DNA from: Thermoplasmata archaeon
Lineage (GTDB): Archaea; Thermoplasmatota; Thermoplasmata; Lutacidiplasmatales; UBA184
Direction of reading: 5' to 3'
Length of the DNA stretch: 64,000 nt
Assembly: GCA_022750055.1 (NCBI GenBank)
Contig: JAKIWL010000002.1
Location: 21,042 to 85,041 of the forward strand
Of this stretch, positions 1 to 10,289 are shown in pieces. The position numbers were made by a program, and so were the translations under genes. Under the pieces are notes generated by a model. It worked only from the letters and a program-made list of their open reading frames with translations. It ran no database searches and had not been told where the DNA came from. The stretch's first letter is position 1, and every line of letters starts with the position of its first letter.

Positions 1-1
1 G

Positions 2-3000
2 TCCAAATACTCGGCCTCGTACACGCTCTCGCCCTCCCTGGTGACGAACCAAACGACTTTCACGCCGTACTATCGGTCGAGCTGCGTCGACCTGTGCTAC
101 CTCAACTGGTCCATGCCGTTCGGACAGGGGTTTGGGGTCGACCTAGGGGCCGACGCCAGCACGCAATCGTTCAATAACTCCATCCAAACAGGGACCGGAC
201 CCATCTGGGTCGGCAGTCCCGAGTACTTCAACGGCTCCGGATATGGGGGGGACTTCTCTGACCTGGCCCTCGAATCCGCCTCGGGGGGTTGCAGTAACAC
301 GGGCACCACCAACGCATGCCCTCCCATCGGGTCGAACTGGGGCTATCCGTACTTCCAGTTCAACGGGACGCGCCTATTGTTCGGGTCGAGCTCGGACTAC
401 AACTGGACGACCCGTGACTTCGGCCAAGTGCTCGGGGAGTTCAGCACCGCCGGTCAGCCGAGCGATTTCGACCCGATGCAGATCGATGAGGTGCGAAACT
501 CGAGCCAGGTGGGGTATATCGCCTCCGGGAACCCCCTGATGGTCTCCGTTCGGGCCCAGGACCTGGGCTCGGTGTCGACCGTCAACCTGTCGTATACCCT
601 TCCGGACGGGACGGTCGGGACCGCCTCGATGTCTCGCACGGCGGGGAACGCCTCGTTCGGTGTGTACAACGCCTCCATCCCTACCACCGGCGGTGACGGC
701 ACGATCGTCTACTCGATTCTCGCGCGAAGCCATGCCGGGACCTCCGAACGGCTCCCGATCACGCCCCGAACGTATTTCTCCGTCGTGCGAGGTCCGATCC
801 CGCAATTCACGATCACGTTCTCGACGAACCCCTCCTCGTGCGGTACGATCGACTTCAATGGCCTCAACTACACGACCTTCCAGTCGGTGACCCTGCCGGC
901 CGCCCCCTACACCGCCAAGGCGCACCCGTGCTACCCCTACGTCTTCTCCTCGTGGAGCGCCCAGGGGATCGCCCTCGGCCCGGTGCTTCGGACCCAGCAG
1001 TCCCTCAAGGTCAACCTCACAGCGAACTCGACGTTGACCGCGAACTGGCGGTACATCCGGCCGTTCGACACGATCCACCTCGCCATCGACACGAACCACT
1101 GCGGGTCGATCTCGCTGAATAAGACCGTCTACAATGTCAACGCCACGGTCCGCCTGCTCGATGGATACACCTACGCGCTGTCGTACTCCCAGTGTGCCCT
1201 CAACGATTTCTCGGGCTGGGTCCCCTCCGACCCCGTCAACCTTTCGATCCTGGGCGGGGCCCCGAGCTCGAGTCTGACCCTTCACGGGAACGGGACGCTC
1301 GAGCTCACCTACCTCCCGCTCTCCTCGAATCCGCTCTCCCTCATCTTCGAGGTCCGCCCGGCGGCCTGCGGTGGGATTCTCTTCCGCGGGGCCGGCTACG
1401 TGAACGGGACCGCGGTCGCGGTCGCCTCCGGCGTCCAATACCCGATCGCGGCGGACCCGTGCAAGGGTTGGGGGCTCGACCACTGGAACGCGAGCGCCGG
1501 TCTCACGATCTCGGGGAACTACGTTACGGCCCTATCCACTGGGATCCTCACCGCGTACTACTACGAGGAGACGATCGTCACGATCGAGACCTACCCGAGC
1601 GGATGCGGGTACATGACGATCGACAACGTCGCGTATTATAACGGAAGCCAGGTCGTCGTGACCAACGGCTCGGTGTTCATCATCGCCGGATTCCCCTGCG
1701 CGGGGTACTACTTTTCCGGTTGGTACACCACGGGCGGGGTCTTCGTTTCTGGCGACAGCATGACCGTCTACGGCTCCGGCATCATCGAGGCGGTGTTCCA
1801 ACGCGGTACGAGGACCGATTTCGTCGCCTTCATCACGGCTCCGACGACCTGCGGCACGATCTCCTACAACGGGGTCAATCACTCTGGGAGCCAGTACATC
1901 GAGGTCCCGCCGCAGAGCATCGCCAAACTGGCGGCCAATGCCTGCGTCGGCTACGGATTCGTCAGTTGGTCGGTCGGCGGGGCCGGCATCACGATCGTGG
2001 GCAACACGGCCTATGTAAACGGGTCGGGTTCGATCACGGCGAACTTCCACCCGTTGGCCGCCGTCACGCTCCTGACCGCTCCCGCCGCGTGTGGGACGAT
2101 CGCCATCAACGGCGCCGCCTATCCGTCGGGGACCGTCGTCGAACTTCCGGCCCCGGACACCTTCCGCATCGCGGCGCAGCCGTGCGCCCACTATCGGCTC
2201 GCCTTCTGGACCTGGACCGTGGGCGCGAACATCGCGACCTCGAACGGCACCTTGTCGCTGTTCTCCACCTCCATCCTGCAGGCCCATTTCCAGCTGCAGG
2301 TCTATACGGTCGTCGTCGACATCGTCCCGTACAACTGCGGAGGCCTCGACCTATCGAACGGGGGGGCCCACAACGACTACACGAACAACACGACCGTCTC
2401 CACCGCCTTCGGCTACTACAACGTCACCGCCAAACCGTGCGCCGGCTTCCACCTCTTCCGTTGGTCGGTCGCGGGGGGTCTCACGCTGGTCTCCAACACC
2501 TCGAACACCACCGAGCTCCTCGTCGCGTCGTCCGGGAACCTGACGGCCCTGTATCAGGCGGTCTCCCCGATCCTGCACATCGCGGTCCCCTCCTCCGCCT
2601 ACGCCGGGACGACCGTGACGCTAACCGGGAACGTCACGACCCCGGTGCCCCCGTACACCTACACCTACGAATGGCTGTTCGGGGACGGCTCGAACGTGAC
2701 GACCCGCGACGGGTTCACGACCCACACGTACGCCCTCCGAGGGACCTACATCATCCACGTCAAGGTCATCGACCCGTATCATCGGACCTCGAACGCGACC
2801 GCCACGATCTCCGTGGTGGGCCAGAGCACCTCCGCGATCGCCGGGATCGGGGTCGCCGGCTACCTCGCCATCGCCATCGCCGTCGTCGCGGTGGGGGTCG
2901 CCCTCTATCTGGGACGTCGCCGTCCGGGCGAATCCTCCCCCTCGGAAGGGGGGGTGTCAACCCCCAAGCCTTCAAGTCCTCCTCCGGATATCCTCCCGTC

Positions 3001-3031
3001 CGAAGGCAGTCCCGGAGCGGTCAAACCATGA
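2..3031 (+). CDS. Large membrane-anchored surface protein (5'-partial): 7 tandem Cys-paired beta-repeats (InlB B-repeat-like), a PKD domain and a C-terminal TM anchor
   Basis: Frame is open from the window edge (SKYSASYTLSPSLVTNQ...). ~80-aa units of the form PxxCGxIxxNG...C..Y.F..W. PKD motif YEWLFGDG...HTY...GTY. Hydrophobic helix followed by GRRRP and a Pro/Ser tail. Many N-x-S/T sequons. Confidence 0.8.
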   Translation, partial: SKYSASYTLSPSLVTNQTTFTPYYRSSCVDLCYLNWSMPFGQGFGVDLGADASTQSFNNSIQTGTGPIWVGSPEYFNGSGYGGDFSDLALESASGGCSNTGTTNACPPIGSNWGYPYFQFNGTRLLFGSSSDYNWTTRDFGQVLGEFSTAGQPSDFDPMQIDEVRNSSQVGYIASGNPLMVSVRAQDLGSVSTVNLSYTLPDGTVGTASMSRTAGNASFGVYNASIPTTGGDGTIVYSILARSHAGTSERLPITPRTYFSVVRGPIPQFTITFSTNPSSCGTIDFNGLNYTTFQSVTLPAAPYTAKAHPCYPYVFSSWSAQGIALGPVLRTQQSLKVNLTANSTLTANWRYIRPFDTIHLAIDTNHCGSISLNKTVYNVNATVRLLDGYTYALSYSQCALNDFSGWVPSDPVNLSILGGAPSSSLTLHGNGTLELTYLPLSSNPLSLIFEVRPAACGGILFRGAGYVNGTAVAVASGVQYPIAADPCKGWGLDHWNASAGLTISGNYVTALSTGILTAYYYEETIVTIETYPSGCGYMTIDNVAYYNGSQVVVTNGSVFIIAGFPCAGYYFSGWYTTGGVFVSGDSMTVYGSGIIEAVFQRGTRTDFVAFITAPTTCGTISYNGVNHSGSQYIEVPPQSIAKLAANACVGYGFVSWSVGGAGITIVGNTAYVNGSGSITANFHPLAAVTLLTAPAACGTIAINGAAYPSGTVVELPAPDTFRIAAQPCAHYRLAFWTWTVGANIATSNGTLSLFSTSILQAHFQLQVYTVVVDIVPYNCGGLDLSNGGAHNDYTNNTTVSTAFGYYNVTAKPCAGFHLFRWSVAGGLTLVSNTSNTTELLVASSGNLTALYQAVSPILHIAVPSSAYAGTTVTLTGNVTTPVPPYTYTYEWLFGDGSNVTTRDGFTTHTYALRGTYIIHVKVIDPYHRTSNATATISVVGQSTSAIAGIGVAGYLAIAIAVVAVGVALYLGRRRPGESSPSEGGVSTPKPSSPPPDILPSEGSPGAVKP

Positions 3032-6000
3032 GAAACGCGAACCCAGGAATGGCGCAGAGCCCCTCGACGAACCCTGCGGTCTCGGCCCCGGATCGGGTGC
3101 CGCGGCACGGTCTCGCGGGCGCCGTCCTGCTCGTCGTGCTGGTGGGACTGTTCGTCGGTTCGAACTTCTCCGGTTTCCTTACCCCGGGGTCCACTTCCGC
3201 GGGGGTCCCTCTTTCCCATCCCGGTCTTCAACGGTTCACCGCTGGGTCCCCTCTCAACCCGACGACGGGCACGGCCGTGGTCACGGCTGGGCCCTCGGCC
3301 GGCCCGCACTCCTCTGGATTGGCGAGACTCGTCATCCCTAGCCGGACCGCCCAATTGGAACGGTTGCTTCCTGCCCCCCTCGGCGGGAGCCAACTGAATG
3401 CCCCGCCGGTTCGTCCCTCCGGTGCGTCGACCGCCTCGAACTGGTACTTGAACAGCTACGCCCAACCCGGGACTACGATCCAAGTGGGTCCCTCGAATCG
3501 GTCGCTCGCGAACGCGGCTTTCGATTCCGCCGACCTACTGAACATCAGTACCGGTTCGACCTTCTACACGACGCATGGATTCGTCGGGGTCTCGGTGAGC
3601 TCCAACGGGGGCGCCACTTGGACCACGAACTGGCCCGGCCAGAACGCTGCTTGGTCGACGACGGGCAACGTGAACTACGGCGACGTCCTGGGCGGTCCTG
3701 TGCTCAACCCGGATTACACCGGGGGGGTCGACCCGAACATCATCACGCAATTCTATGGCTTCACGCCGGTGAACCCGGCGATCGCCTCGACGCCGACCGC
3801 CTCTTCGACGGTCCTGGTCGCGCCATTCATCCCGTACTGCTTTGAGTACTTCACGAGCGCCTGCCCGGTATCGACCTACGCCACGGCCTCCGGGATCGCG
3901 GGGGTCCGGTCGGCGAACGGCGGGACGACCTGGGGTGCTCCGATCCCGATCGAGTCCCAGCCGTTCTACCATACCTACGCGGTCGCCGCCTGCGGGAACT
4001 ATCCGGCGAACACCTACATCGTGCCGGACGTCCAGGTCTCGAGCCTCGGTGCGGCCATGAGCACGTACGGGGACGCCTACGCGGCCTTCAGCGTGACCGG
4101 GTTCGACTACTACGGGTCGACGTATCTGATCTGCAACACCACGGTGACCCCGAACGTACTCCAGTACAACTGGGCAGGGATCACCTTCTCCACCGAGGTC
4201 GCGGTCAGCATCAACGGCGGGACGAGCTGGGGCGCGCCGCACACCGTCGCGTTCTTCAACTGGACCGGGGCGAACCTCGCGACCGGCATCCCGTACAACC
4301 CCCTCTTCGATGGAGTGAATGTCGCGATCGGTCCCGCCCCCGCGGAGACCGCCTACGTCACCTACAGCGACCTCGTCAACGGGACCGCGTTCGGCAATAC
4401 CGCGATCGGCCTGGTGACGACCTCCAACAACGGTACTTCGTGGACCGCTGCGGGAGACATCCCGGCGCTCCTCCCTAATGTGGTCCGCGCCTCGGGTTCG
4501 AACTGGCTATACAACTTCTCCACCCCTGTGATCGCCGCGGACAACTGGAGCGGATCGACCTACAAGGGCCATCTCTACCTCACCTGGGCGGATAACCGCA
4601 CCACGACGCAGGTCTCCGGCTACCCGAGCATCGCATTCAGCTCGAGCTCGGGGGCAGGCTGGTCGTCGCCCACCTTCCTCTCCCCCAACACCCCCACCTC
4701 GACCCAATACGTGGACCCGTCGGTCAGCGTCGGGCCGACCGGTACGGTTTGGGTGAGCTACTACGGTTCGAATCCATCGAACGGGAACTACCACCTGTTC
4801 GGGGCCTACTCGACCGATGGCGGGGCCACCTGGTCCGATCAGTTCGTCATATCCGACACCGTGAGCGCGCCGGGCTCGACGACGACGGCGATTCCCATCT
4901 ACGGGGCGACCTCCATTGCGGCGACGAGCGCGGGAGCGTACGTCAGCTGGGAGGACTGCCGGGCCGCGAACTGCGCGCTCGGGGGGAACGCAACGACGTA
5001 CCTCGCACTCGTCCATCCCGTCTTGATCACCTCTAACGCCGCGGGCATCAGCGCCACCGTCTCGGTCGGCGGGGTTCAATCAGTCTACCCGCTCCCGGCC
5101 TCGACCGGCTGGGATACGAACCTCACTGTAACGGTCTCAGTGCCGAACTGGGTCGCGACCCCGAACGGTACGTACATCGAAGAGTTCGCCTCGTTCAGCG
5201 GCGCGGTGGCCTCGGCCTCGAACCCCGTGTCGTTCACCTATGCGGGCGGGGCGCTCACCGTTCACTACGTGCTGACGCCAGGCTCTTGGATCATCGGTTC
5301 GATCCGACCGATGATCCCCGGCGCTCGTCTGACGATCGTGGAGATCTCGACGAGCCAGGCCGTCGCGGCGACGCTCATGCCGGGCACGGGCCAGTTCACC
5401 TACAACGTGACGGTTCCCGGGAGCCAGAGCTACACGGTCACGGCCTCGGCCCCTAAGTACCAGACCCAGTCCCAGACGGTCGGGACGACGAACCTCAAAG
5501 AGAAGGCGGCGAACTTTACGCTCGTGAAGACGGACGGATGGATCGCGGGAGCGATCTCCTCCTCGACGGGGGCTGCCGGCCTCGCCGTCGCCGTCCTGAC
5601 GGTGAACGACACGCCGGTCGCTTTCAACAAGACGACCGGACGGTTCAACGTCACGGAAGCGTGGGGCTGCTTCTACGTCAACCTGACCTCGAACCCAACG
5701 AGCCTGTACCTCGGCACGAAGCAGAACACCTGCGGAACGCAGGTGCTCCCGGGCACGACTTCGACATTAAGGCTCAGCCTGAAGGGGGCCTGGATCAACG
5801 GGACGATCACGCCGTACCCCGTGACGGTCACGATCAACGGGGTCGTCGTCGGCCTGAACGTCACGGGGAACACGGCCCAGTGGGTGGACGCTCTGGCGGG
5901 CGGCACCTACACGATCGCGGCGTCGCAGCCCGGTTACTCGTTCTTCAGCACGACGTATACGGTGCCGGCCGGGACGAGCCTCAACCTGACCGGCTCCAAG

Positions 6001-6546
6001 GGGATCGTCCTCACCGACCGGGGCACGATCGAAGGGATCATCGCGCCTCCGTCGAACAATGGACACGTTCCCTCGCTCACGATCAACGGGGCCACCGAGA
6101 GCATCCTGACGACAGGGTCGTACTCGGTGAGCGAGCCGGGGTCATCCAAGCTCTACGCGATGGTGGTCAAGCTGAGCGGCTATGACTCTGCCTACCGAAA
6201 CGTGACGGTGAATCCGGGAAACAACACCTGGGTCAACATCACGCTCAACCTGACGATCCAAAAGGGTTGCCAGGCGACGAACAGCTGCCCACCCCCGACC
6301 TGCCAGACCAATGCCTCCCTGTGCGTCAAGACCTCCACGGCCCTCTCGCCGCTCGTGTACGTCGGGATCGGGGTCATCATCCTGCTCGTCGTGGTGATCG
6401 CGGCGGTCATGTTGATGCGGCGAGGCAAGGGCGGGTCCGGCATGCCCGCCCCCGGCGCGCCGATGATGGGGGAAGCCCCGCCTCCCCAGACACCCATGGA
6501 GCTCAGTCCCGATGGCGGGACGACGGAGCCCCCCGCCTCCCCGTAG
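3028..6546 (+). CDS. Membrane-anchored BNR/Asp-box (sialidase-like) beta-propeller protein with C-terminal beta-sandwich (carboxypeptidase-regulatory/PEGA-like) domains
   Basis: ATG at 3028 overlaps the upstream TGA (ATGA). N-terminal hydrophobic segment. Asp-box motifs SSNGGATW, SANGGTTW, SINGGTSW, SNNGTSW, STDGGATW. C-terminal TM followed by RRGK and a Pro-rich tail. The track's start at 1720 is a shadow extension. Confidence 0.8.
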   Translation: MRNANPGMAQSPSTNPAVSAPDRVPRHGLAGAVLLVVLVGLFVGSNFSGFLTPGSTSAGVPLSHPGLQRFTAGSPLNPTTGTAVVTAGPSAGPHSSGLARLVIPSRTAQLERLLPAPLGGSQLNAPPVRPSGASTASNWYLNSYAQPGTTIQVGPSNRSLANAAFDSADLLNISTGSTFYTTHGFVGVSVSSNGGATWTTNWPGQNAAWSTTGNVNYGDVLGGPVLNPDYTGGVDPNIITQFYGFTPVNPAIASTPTASSTVLVAPFIPYCFEYFTSACPVSTYATASGIAGVRSANGGTTWGAPIPIESQPFYHTYAVAACGNYPANTYIVPDVQVSSLGAAMSTYGDAYAAFSVTGFDYYGSTYLICNTTVTPNVLQYNWAGITFSTEVAVSINGGTSWGAPHTVAFFNWTGANLATGIPYNPLFDGVNVAIGPAPAETAYVTYSDLVNGTAFGNTAIGLVTTSNNGTSWTAAGDIPALLPNVVRASGSNWLYNFSTPVIAADNWSGSTYKGHLYLTWADNRTTTQVSGYPSIAFSSSSGAGWSSPTFLSPNTPTSTQYVDPSVSVGPTGTVWVSYYGSNPSNGNYHLFGAYSTDGGATWSDQFVISDTVSAPGSTTTAIPIYGATSIAATSAGAYVSWEDCRAANCALGGNATTYLALVHPVLITSNAAGISATVSVGGVQSVYPLPASTGWDTNLTVTVSVPNWVATPNGTYIEEFASFSGAVASASNPVSFTYAGGALTVHYVLTPGSWIIGSIRPMIPGARLTIVEISTSQAVAATLMPGTGQFTYNVTVPGSQSYTVTASAPKYQTQSQTVGTTNLKEKAANFTLVKTDGWIAGAISSSTGAAGLAVAVLTVNDTPVAFNKTTGRFNVTEAWGCFYVNLTSNPTSLYLGTKQNTCGTQVLPGTTSTLRLSLKGAWINGTITPYPVTVTINGVVVGLNVTGNTAQWVDALAGGTYTIAASQPGYSFFSTTYTVPAGTSLNLTGSKGIVLTDRGTIEGIIAPPSNNGHVPSLTINGATESILTTGSYSVSEPGSSKLYAMVVKLSGYDSAYRNVTVNPGNNTWVNITLNLTIQKGCQATNSCPPPTCQTNASLCVKTSTALSPLVYVGIGVIILLVVVIAAVMLMRRGKGGSGMPAPGAPMMGEAPPPQTPMELSPDGGTTEPPASP

Positions 6547-6547
6547 G

Positions 6548-9500
6548 GTGGCCCGAGGGTCCCGGCACCGCCGGGACGGTCAACCCCCCTTCTCCGCCCG
6601 CGGCGAGGGAGCTCGAATTCGACCGCGAGGGATCACCGTGGCGACGGCCGTGGCGCTCGCGATGCTGATGGCCGTGCCGATCGCCTCCCTGACGGGCTTT
6701 GGTCCTCTTCGATCCGTCGGGTCCCACTCGTTCACCAGCGCCCAGCCCCCGACCCGCATGAGCTCGGCTTTGTCTCTTGCCTCGCCAGCCCCCCGGAGTC
6801 CCACTCCCCTCATGGCGGTCGATTGCGCGGCGCTCTCGTCCTCGTGGGGCATCCTCTACGGGTCGGGACCGGCCCCACCGGCGGTCTCCGGCTCGAACGA
6901 GTCGGGTTGCGTCCCCGGCCCGGATGAAGAAGGCGTGACCCTCGTCTCGAACCAGACCGGTTCGGCCTCCCGATTCGAGCTCTCGATCTCGCTGCCGTCG
7001 AGCGCGTCGAGCTCCCCGAGCTCCCTTTCCGAGTTTTGGATCTCGCTTTCCGTGAGCGGGTTGCCGTGCTCTCTCGACGGTCAGTCCGTCCTTCGGATCG
7101 ACCTCGCTCCGCCGGGAAGCACCCTCGGGGCGCCCGGCGGGTGGGCCCTAAGGGCGCCCGTATGGGGACTCGACCCCGCCGGTTCCTGCGACCCGCGGTG
7201 CGAGAACACGACCGCCTTGTATGACCTCGGCGGCATCCCCTTCTGCCTGGACAATACCATCGTGCGAGGGATGGGGTCCTCGGGAGGACCGGTGCCGGTC
7301 TTCGCGCCGGGCGACGCCCTTCGGATCACGGTGACGAACGGCAGCGGCATGGGCCTGACGGTCTACGCGAACGACACGACCCGTCCCGTCCTCTCGACCA
7401 TCTGGTCCTACCCGTTAGGCGCACTCCTCGACGGTGGACGGGTCGAGCCGTTCCGATCGGTCGCCGCGCCGAACTCGGGCTGGCTCTTCGGTGGGAGCCT
7501 CGGGTTCGGCTGGACGAACTGTCCCTGGGTGAATGCCTCCGGAGCCCCATCGTGCGACAGCTACGACGGAGCGGCGCAAGCCTCCCTGTCGTATCCGACC
7601 GTGACGAACTCGACGTTCTGGAACGCATCCGCGAACTCGTATAGGCTGCGATATTCGCTCTACGACCCCTGGTCGAGCTCGGGGGCGTGCCAAGGCAACG
7701 CCAATCTGACCGCCTGCCACGACTACCAGGGGAACGGCGGAATGGGCGTCTATCCGTCGATCCATGTGTCTGCGCTCAACGGCTCCACCTGGGTCGAATA
7801 CGGGACGAACACCACCCAGCGGGTCGGTCCGCTTTCGGCGCAGCCGGCCGGATTCGCCTCGGACGGCTCGGCCCCGCCGAACGACCCTGCGATCCTCGGA
7901 GCGTTGAGCCTTTCGTCCAATGCGACCGCGATCGTCCTGAGCGCGCGCGCGACGGACCCGCGGGGCATCGGCTACGTCGAGTTCACCGGACTTTGGTGTT
8001 TCGCCGGCGGCGGGAGCACGGCCCCTACCCCCCTCGACCTCAACGGATCGAAGTCCGCAGGTTCGGCGAACGGCTCCCAGGACGCCTTCTGGACCGCCCA
8101 GTTCCCGAGGGGAAACGCCAACACGGGGGGCACCTTCTACTATTCCGCCGTCGAGCACTACACGGCTCTGGACGCGGGCACCTCGACGGTCTTCGCCAAG
8201 GCCTCCCTTCCCTCGGGGGGGTTATTCTGCAACCCGCCCCTCGCTCCGCCGGTCGTCCCGATCCGGGCGGTTGCGATCTCGCAAGGCTACCAGGTCGAGT
8301 GGTCGTACCCGACCCAGGAGGATGGCTATCTGAGGAACTATTCGATCGTGGCCACCCCGACGGGCGGACCGTCGGTCGTGGTCCCGATCCCTGTGACCCC
8401 CACCGCCTCGAGCCTCCACAACGGCCGCATCACGGGCCTGTCGACCGGGTCCTACACCCTGTTCGTGCACTCCACGCAGGTGAACGGCGTCCTAGGTCCG
8501 ACGGCTCCGGGCGGTCTCGCCGGCGCCCCGACCCTGGCCCAGCTGGCCGTCAACCTCACGGCCACGGCCCGGGAGCTCGTGCAGCCGACCGACTCGGACA
8601 CCTTCAACGCGACGGCGCTCGGTGGTGCGGGCCCGTATTCCTTCACCTTCTCGTTCGGGAACGGAACGACCCTGAGCTTGTTGTCGCGGCCTTCCGGCGT
8701 CTCGACCCTGCATCGCTTCCCGACCTACCTCGGAGAGGCCCGGGTCGAGCTGACCGTGAACGACTCCGTCGGGGACGTCGCCGTGGTGACCCCGCTGTAC
8801 GTCGACGTACGCGCCACTCCCGATGGCGTCCCGCTCTCTCTCTCGACCGGCGATGCCCGGGTCGGGTTGGCCTGGTCCCCCCCGGTCTCGACGACCGCTG
8901 CGGTGACCCGCTACGTCGTCTTCTACTCGCAGTCGGCCCTCTCGCTTGCGGTGTTCACGGCCGCGTGGCCATCGAACAGCTCGACCGCCCAACCGGTCTT
9001 CGTCTGGAACACAACGCGGACCGGTTTCAATTTCAGCGCCTCCAACGGTGCGACCGTCTACGCGGAGGTGATCGCCTGGGATTCCTTCGGACCCGGACTC
9101 GCGCCCGTCGGGGGACCCTCCCTCGGGGTACCGACCCCCTTCGTCCTCACCGGGTTCGGACCGTCTCCCGGTACCGCCTATGGGGGGGCCCCACCGTTCA
9201 CGGCGACGCTCTCCGCGTCGACGACTGAAGGGACCGCGAACCCGCTTTCGAGCGGGATCTTCACCGTCAGCGAGCTAGCGCCCGTCGCGCGCCTGCTCCC
9301 CATCTCGGTGGCAGCCACGCTCAGCGGCATCCAGAACTCGACCGTAAGCTGGGGCTGGGCGAACGGGTCGATCCTGTTCAACGCGACCGGGACCTTCCTG
9401 GTCCAGCTCCACGTGGGCGACGCGTTCTCCGACCCCGAGCTGATCCCATCGGTGGAGATCTACGTCGGGACCGGGGCACCCCCGACCGCCACGATCTCGA

Positions 9501-10189
9501 TCTCGGCTCTGACGCCGGTCCCCTTCGCCGGGACGCCCGTTGACTTCCGCGGCACGGCGAGCGGAACGCCGGGACCGTACACCTTCAGTTGGCAGTTCGG
9601 AGACGGCAACAGCTCCCCCAACGTGGGCCCGTCGCCCTCCCACCGGTACGCGATCGCCGGGGTGTATACCACGGTGCTCACCGTTACCGACAACGAAACC
9701 GGAGGCAGTGTCGCGGTGTCCGAGTCGGTCGCCGTGAACGCGTACCCGATCGTGCGGATCTCGGCGAGCGAGGGCCGCAACGGGGCCCTCGCCTGGACGT
9801 TCCAGACGATCGAGATCGGCGGCTCGGGGCCCCCCCAGGTCGCCTGGACGTACGGGGACGGGACGAGCGGGAGCGGGCGCGAGTCCAACCACACCTACGC
9901 GAACCCGGGTGAGTACACGGTGCGCGTCACGGTCGCCGATCCGGCGGGGATCCCGACGGTGTCGAGCAACCTGACGATCTACGCGGGCCTCCCCAGGTCG
10001 ACCCAATCCTTCGCCCAGTCGGCGGCCGCGATCGGCCTCATCCTCATCCTTTCGATCGGGATCCTCGTCCTCGCGGTCCTCACGGTCCTGTTCTTCCGTC
10101 GGTCCCGTCCGCCTGCTCCCTCGACGGCGACGACGATGGCCACCTACGCTAAGGAACGGAGCCCCCCGCCCAGGGATCCGGTCGAATAG
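6548..10189 (+). CDS. Membrane-anchored surface protein with a Cys-rich N-terminal domain, FN3-like domains and PKD domains
   Basis: In-frame GTG one base after the upstream TAG (alternative starts 6638/6662). Signal-like helix. PKD motifs (FSFGNG, WQFGDG, WTYGDG...HTYANPGEY). FN3-like V.W..P motifs. C-terminal TM followed by RRSRPP. Confidence 0.75.
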   Translation: MARGSRHRRDGQPPFSARGEGARIRPRGITVATAVALAMLMAVPIASLTGFGPLRSVGSHSFTSAQPPTRMSSALSLASPAPRSPTPLMAVDCAALSSSWGILYGSGPAPPAVSGSNESGCVPGPDEEGVTLVSNQTGSASRFELSISLPSSASSSPSSLSEFWISLSVSGLPCSLDGQSVLRIDLAPPGSTLGAPGGWALRAPVWGLDPAGSCDPRCENTTALYDLGGIPFCLDNTIVRGMGSSGGPVPVFAPGDALRITVTNGSGMGLTVYANDTTRPVLSTIWSYPLGALLDGGRVEPFRSVAAPNSGWLFGGSLGFGWTNCPWVNASGAPSCDSYDGAAQASLSYPTVTNSTFWNASANSYRLRYSLYDPWSSSGACQGNANLTACHDYQGNGGMGVYPSIHVSALNGSTWVEYGTNTTQRVGPLSAQPAGFASDGSAPPNDPAILGALSLSSNATAIVLSARATDPRGIGYVEFTGLWCFAGGGSTAPTPLDLNGSKSAGSANGSQDAFWTAQFPRGNANTGGTFYYSAVEHYTALDAGTSTVFAKASLPSGGLFCNPPLAPPVVPIRAVAISQGYQVEWSYPTQEDGYLRNYSIVATPTGGPSVVVPIPVTPTASSLHNGRITGLSTGSYTLFVHSTQVNGVLGPTAPGGLAGAPTLAQLAVNLTATARELVQPTDSDTFNATALGGAGPYSFTFSFGNGTTLSLLSRPSGVSTLHRFPTYLGEARVELTVNDSVGDVAVVTPLYVDVRATPDGVPLSLSTGDARVGLAWSPPVSTTAAVTRYVVFYSQSALSLAVFTAAWPSNSSTAQPVFVWNTTRTGFNFSASNGATVYAEVIAWDSFGPGLAPVGGPSLGVPTPFVLTGFGPSPGTAYGGAPPFTATLSASTTEGTANPLSSGIFTVSELAPVARLLPISVAATLSGIQNSTVSWGWANGSILFNATGTFLVQLHVGDAFSDPELIPSVEIYVGTGAPPTATISISALTPVPFAGTPVDFRGTASGTPGPYTFSWQFGDGNSSPNVGPSPSHRYAIAGVYTTVLTVTDNETGGSVAVSESVAVNAYPIVRISASEGRNGALAWTFQTIEIGGSGPPQVAWTYGDGTSGSGRESNHTYANPGEYTVRVTVADPAGIPTVSSNLTIYAGLPRSTQSFAQSAAAIGLILILSIGILVLAVLTVLFFRRSRPPAPSTATTMATYAKERSPPPRDPVE

Positions 10190-10272
10190 CGCCCGAGCGG
10201 CGCCATCCGGACGTCCGGAACGAGGTTCGGGGGCTCGCCGGAGGATTTGGGCGGCCCCGTCGCCGTGTCGCG

Positions 10273-10289
10273 ACAAAAGATAGATATGG
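10273..10289 (+). promoter_or_regulatory. Putative BRE/TATA-like promoter of cdc6
   Basis: The only AT-rich island (ACAAAAGATAGATATGG) in the GC-rich intergenic region upstream of cdc6. Confidence 0.4.

Noticed and set aside
1720-3027. N-terminal 436 aa of the 1608-aa track ORF
   Set aside because: It is an Arg/His-rich shadow frame overlapping the first gene. The real start is ATG 3028 at the ATGA junction.
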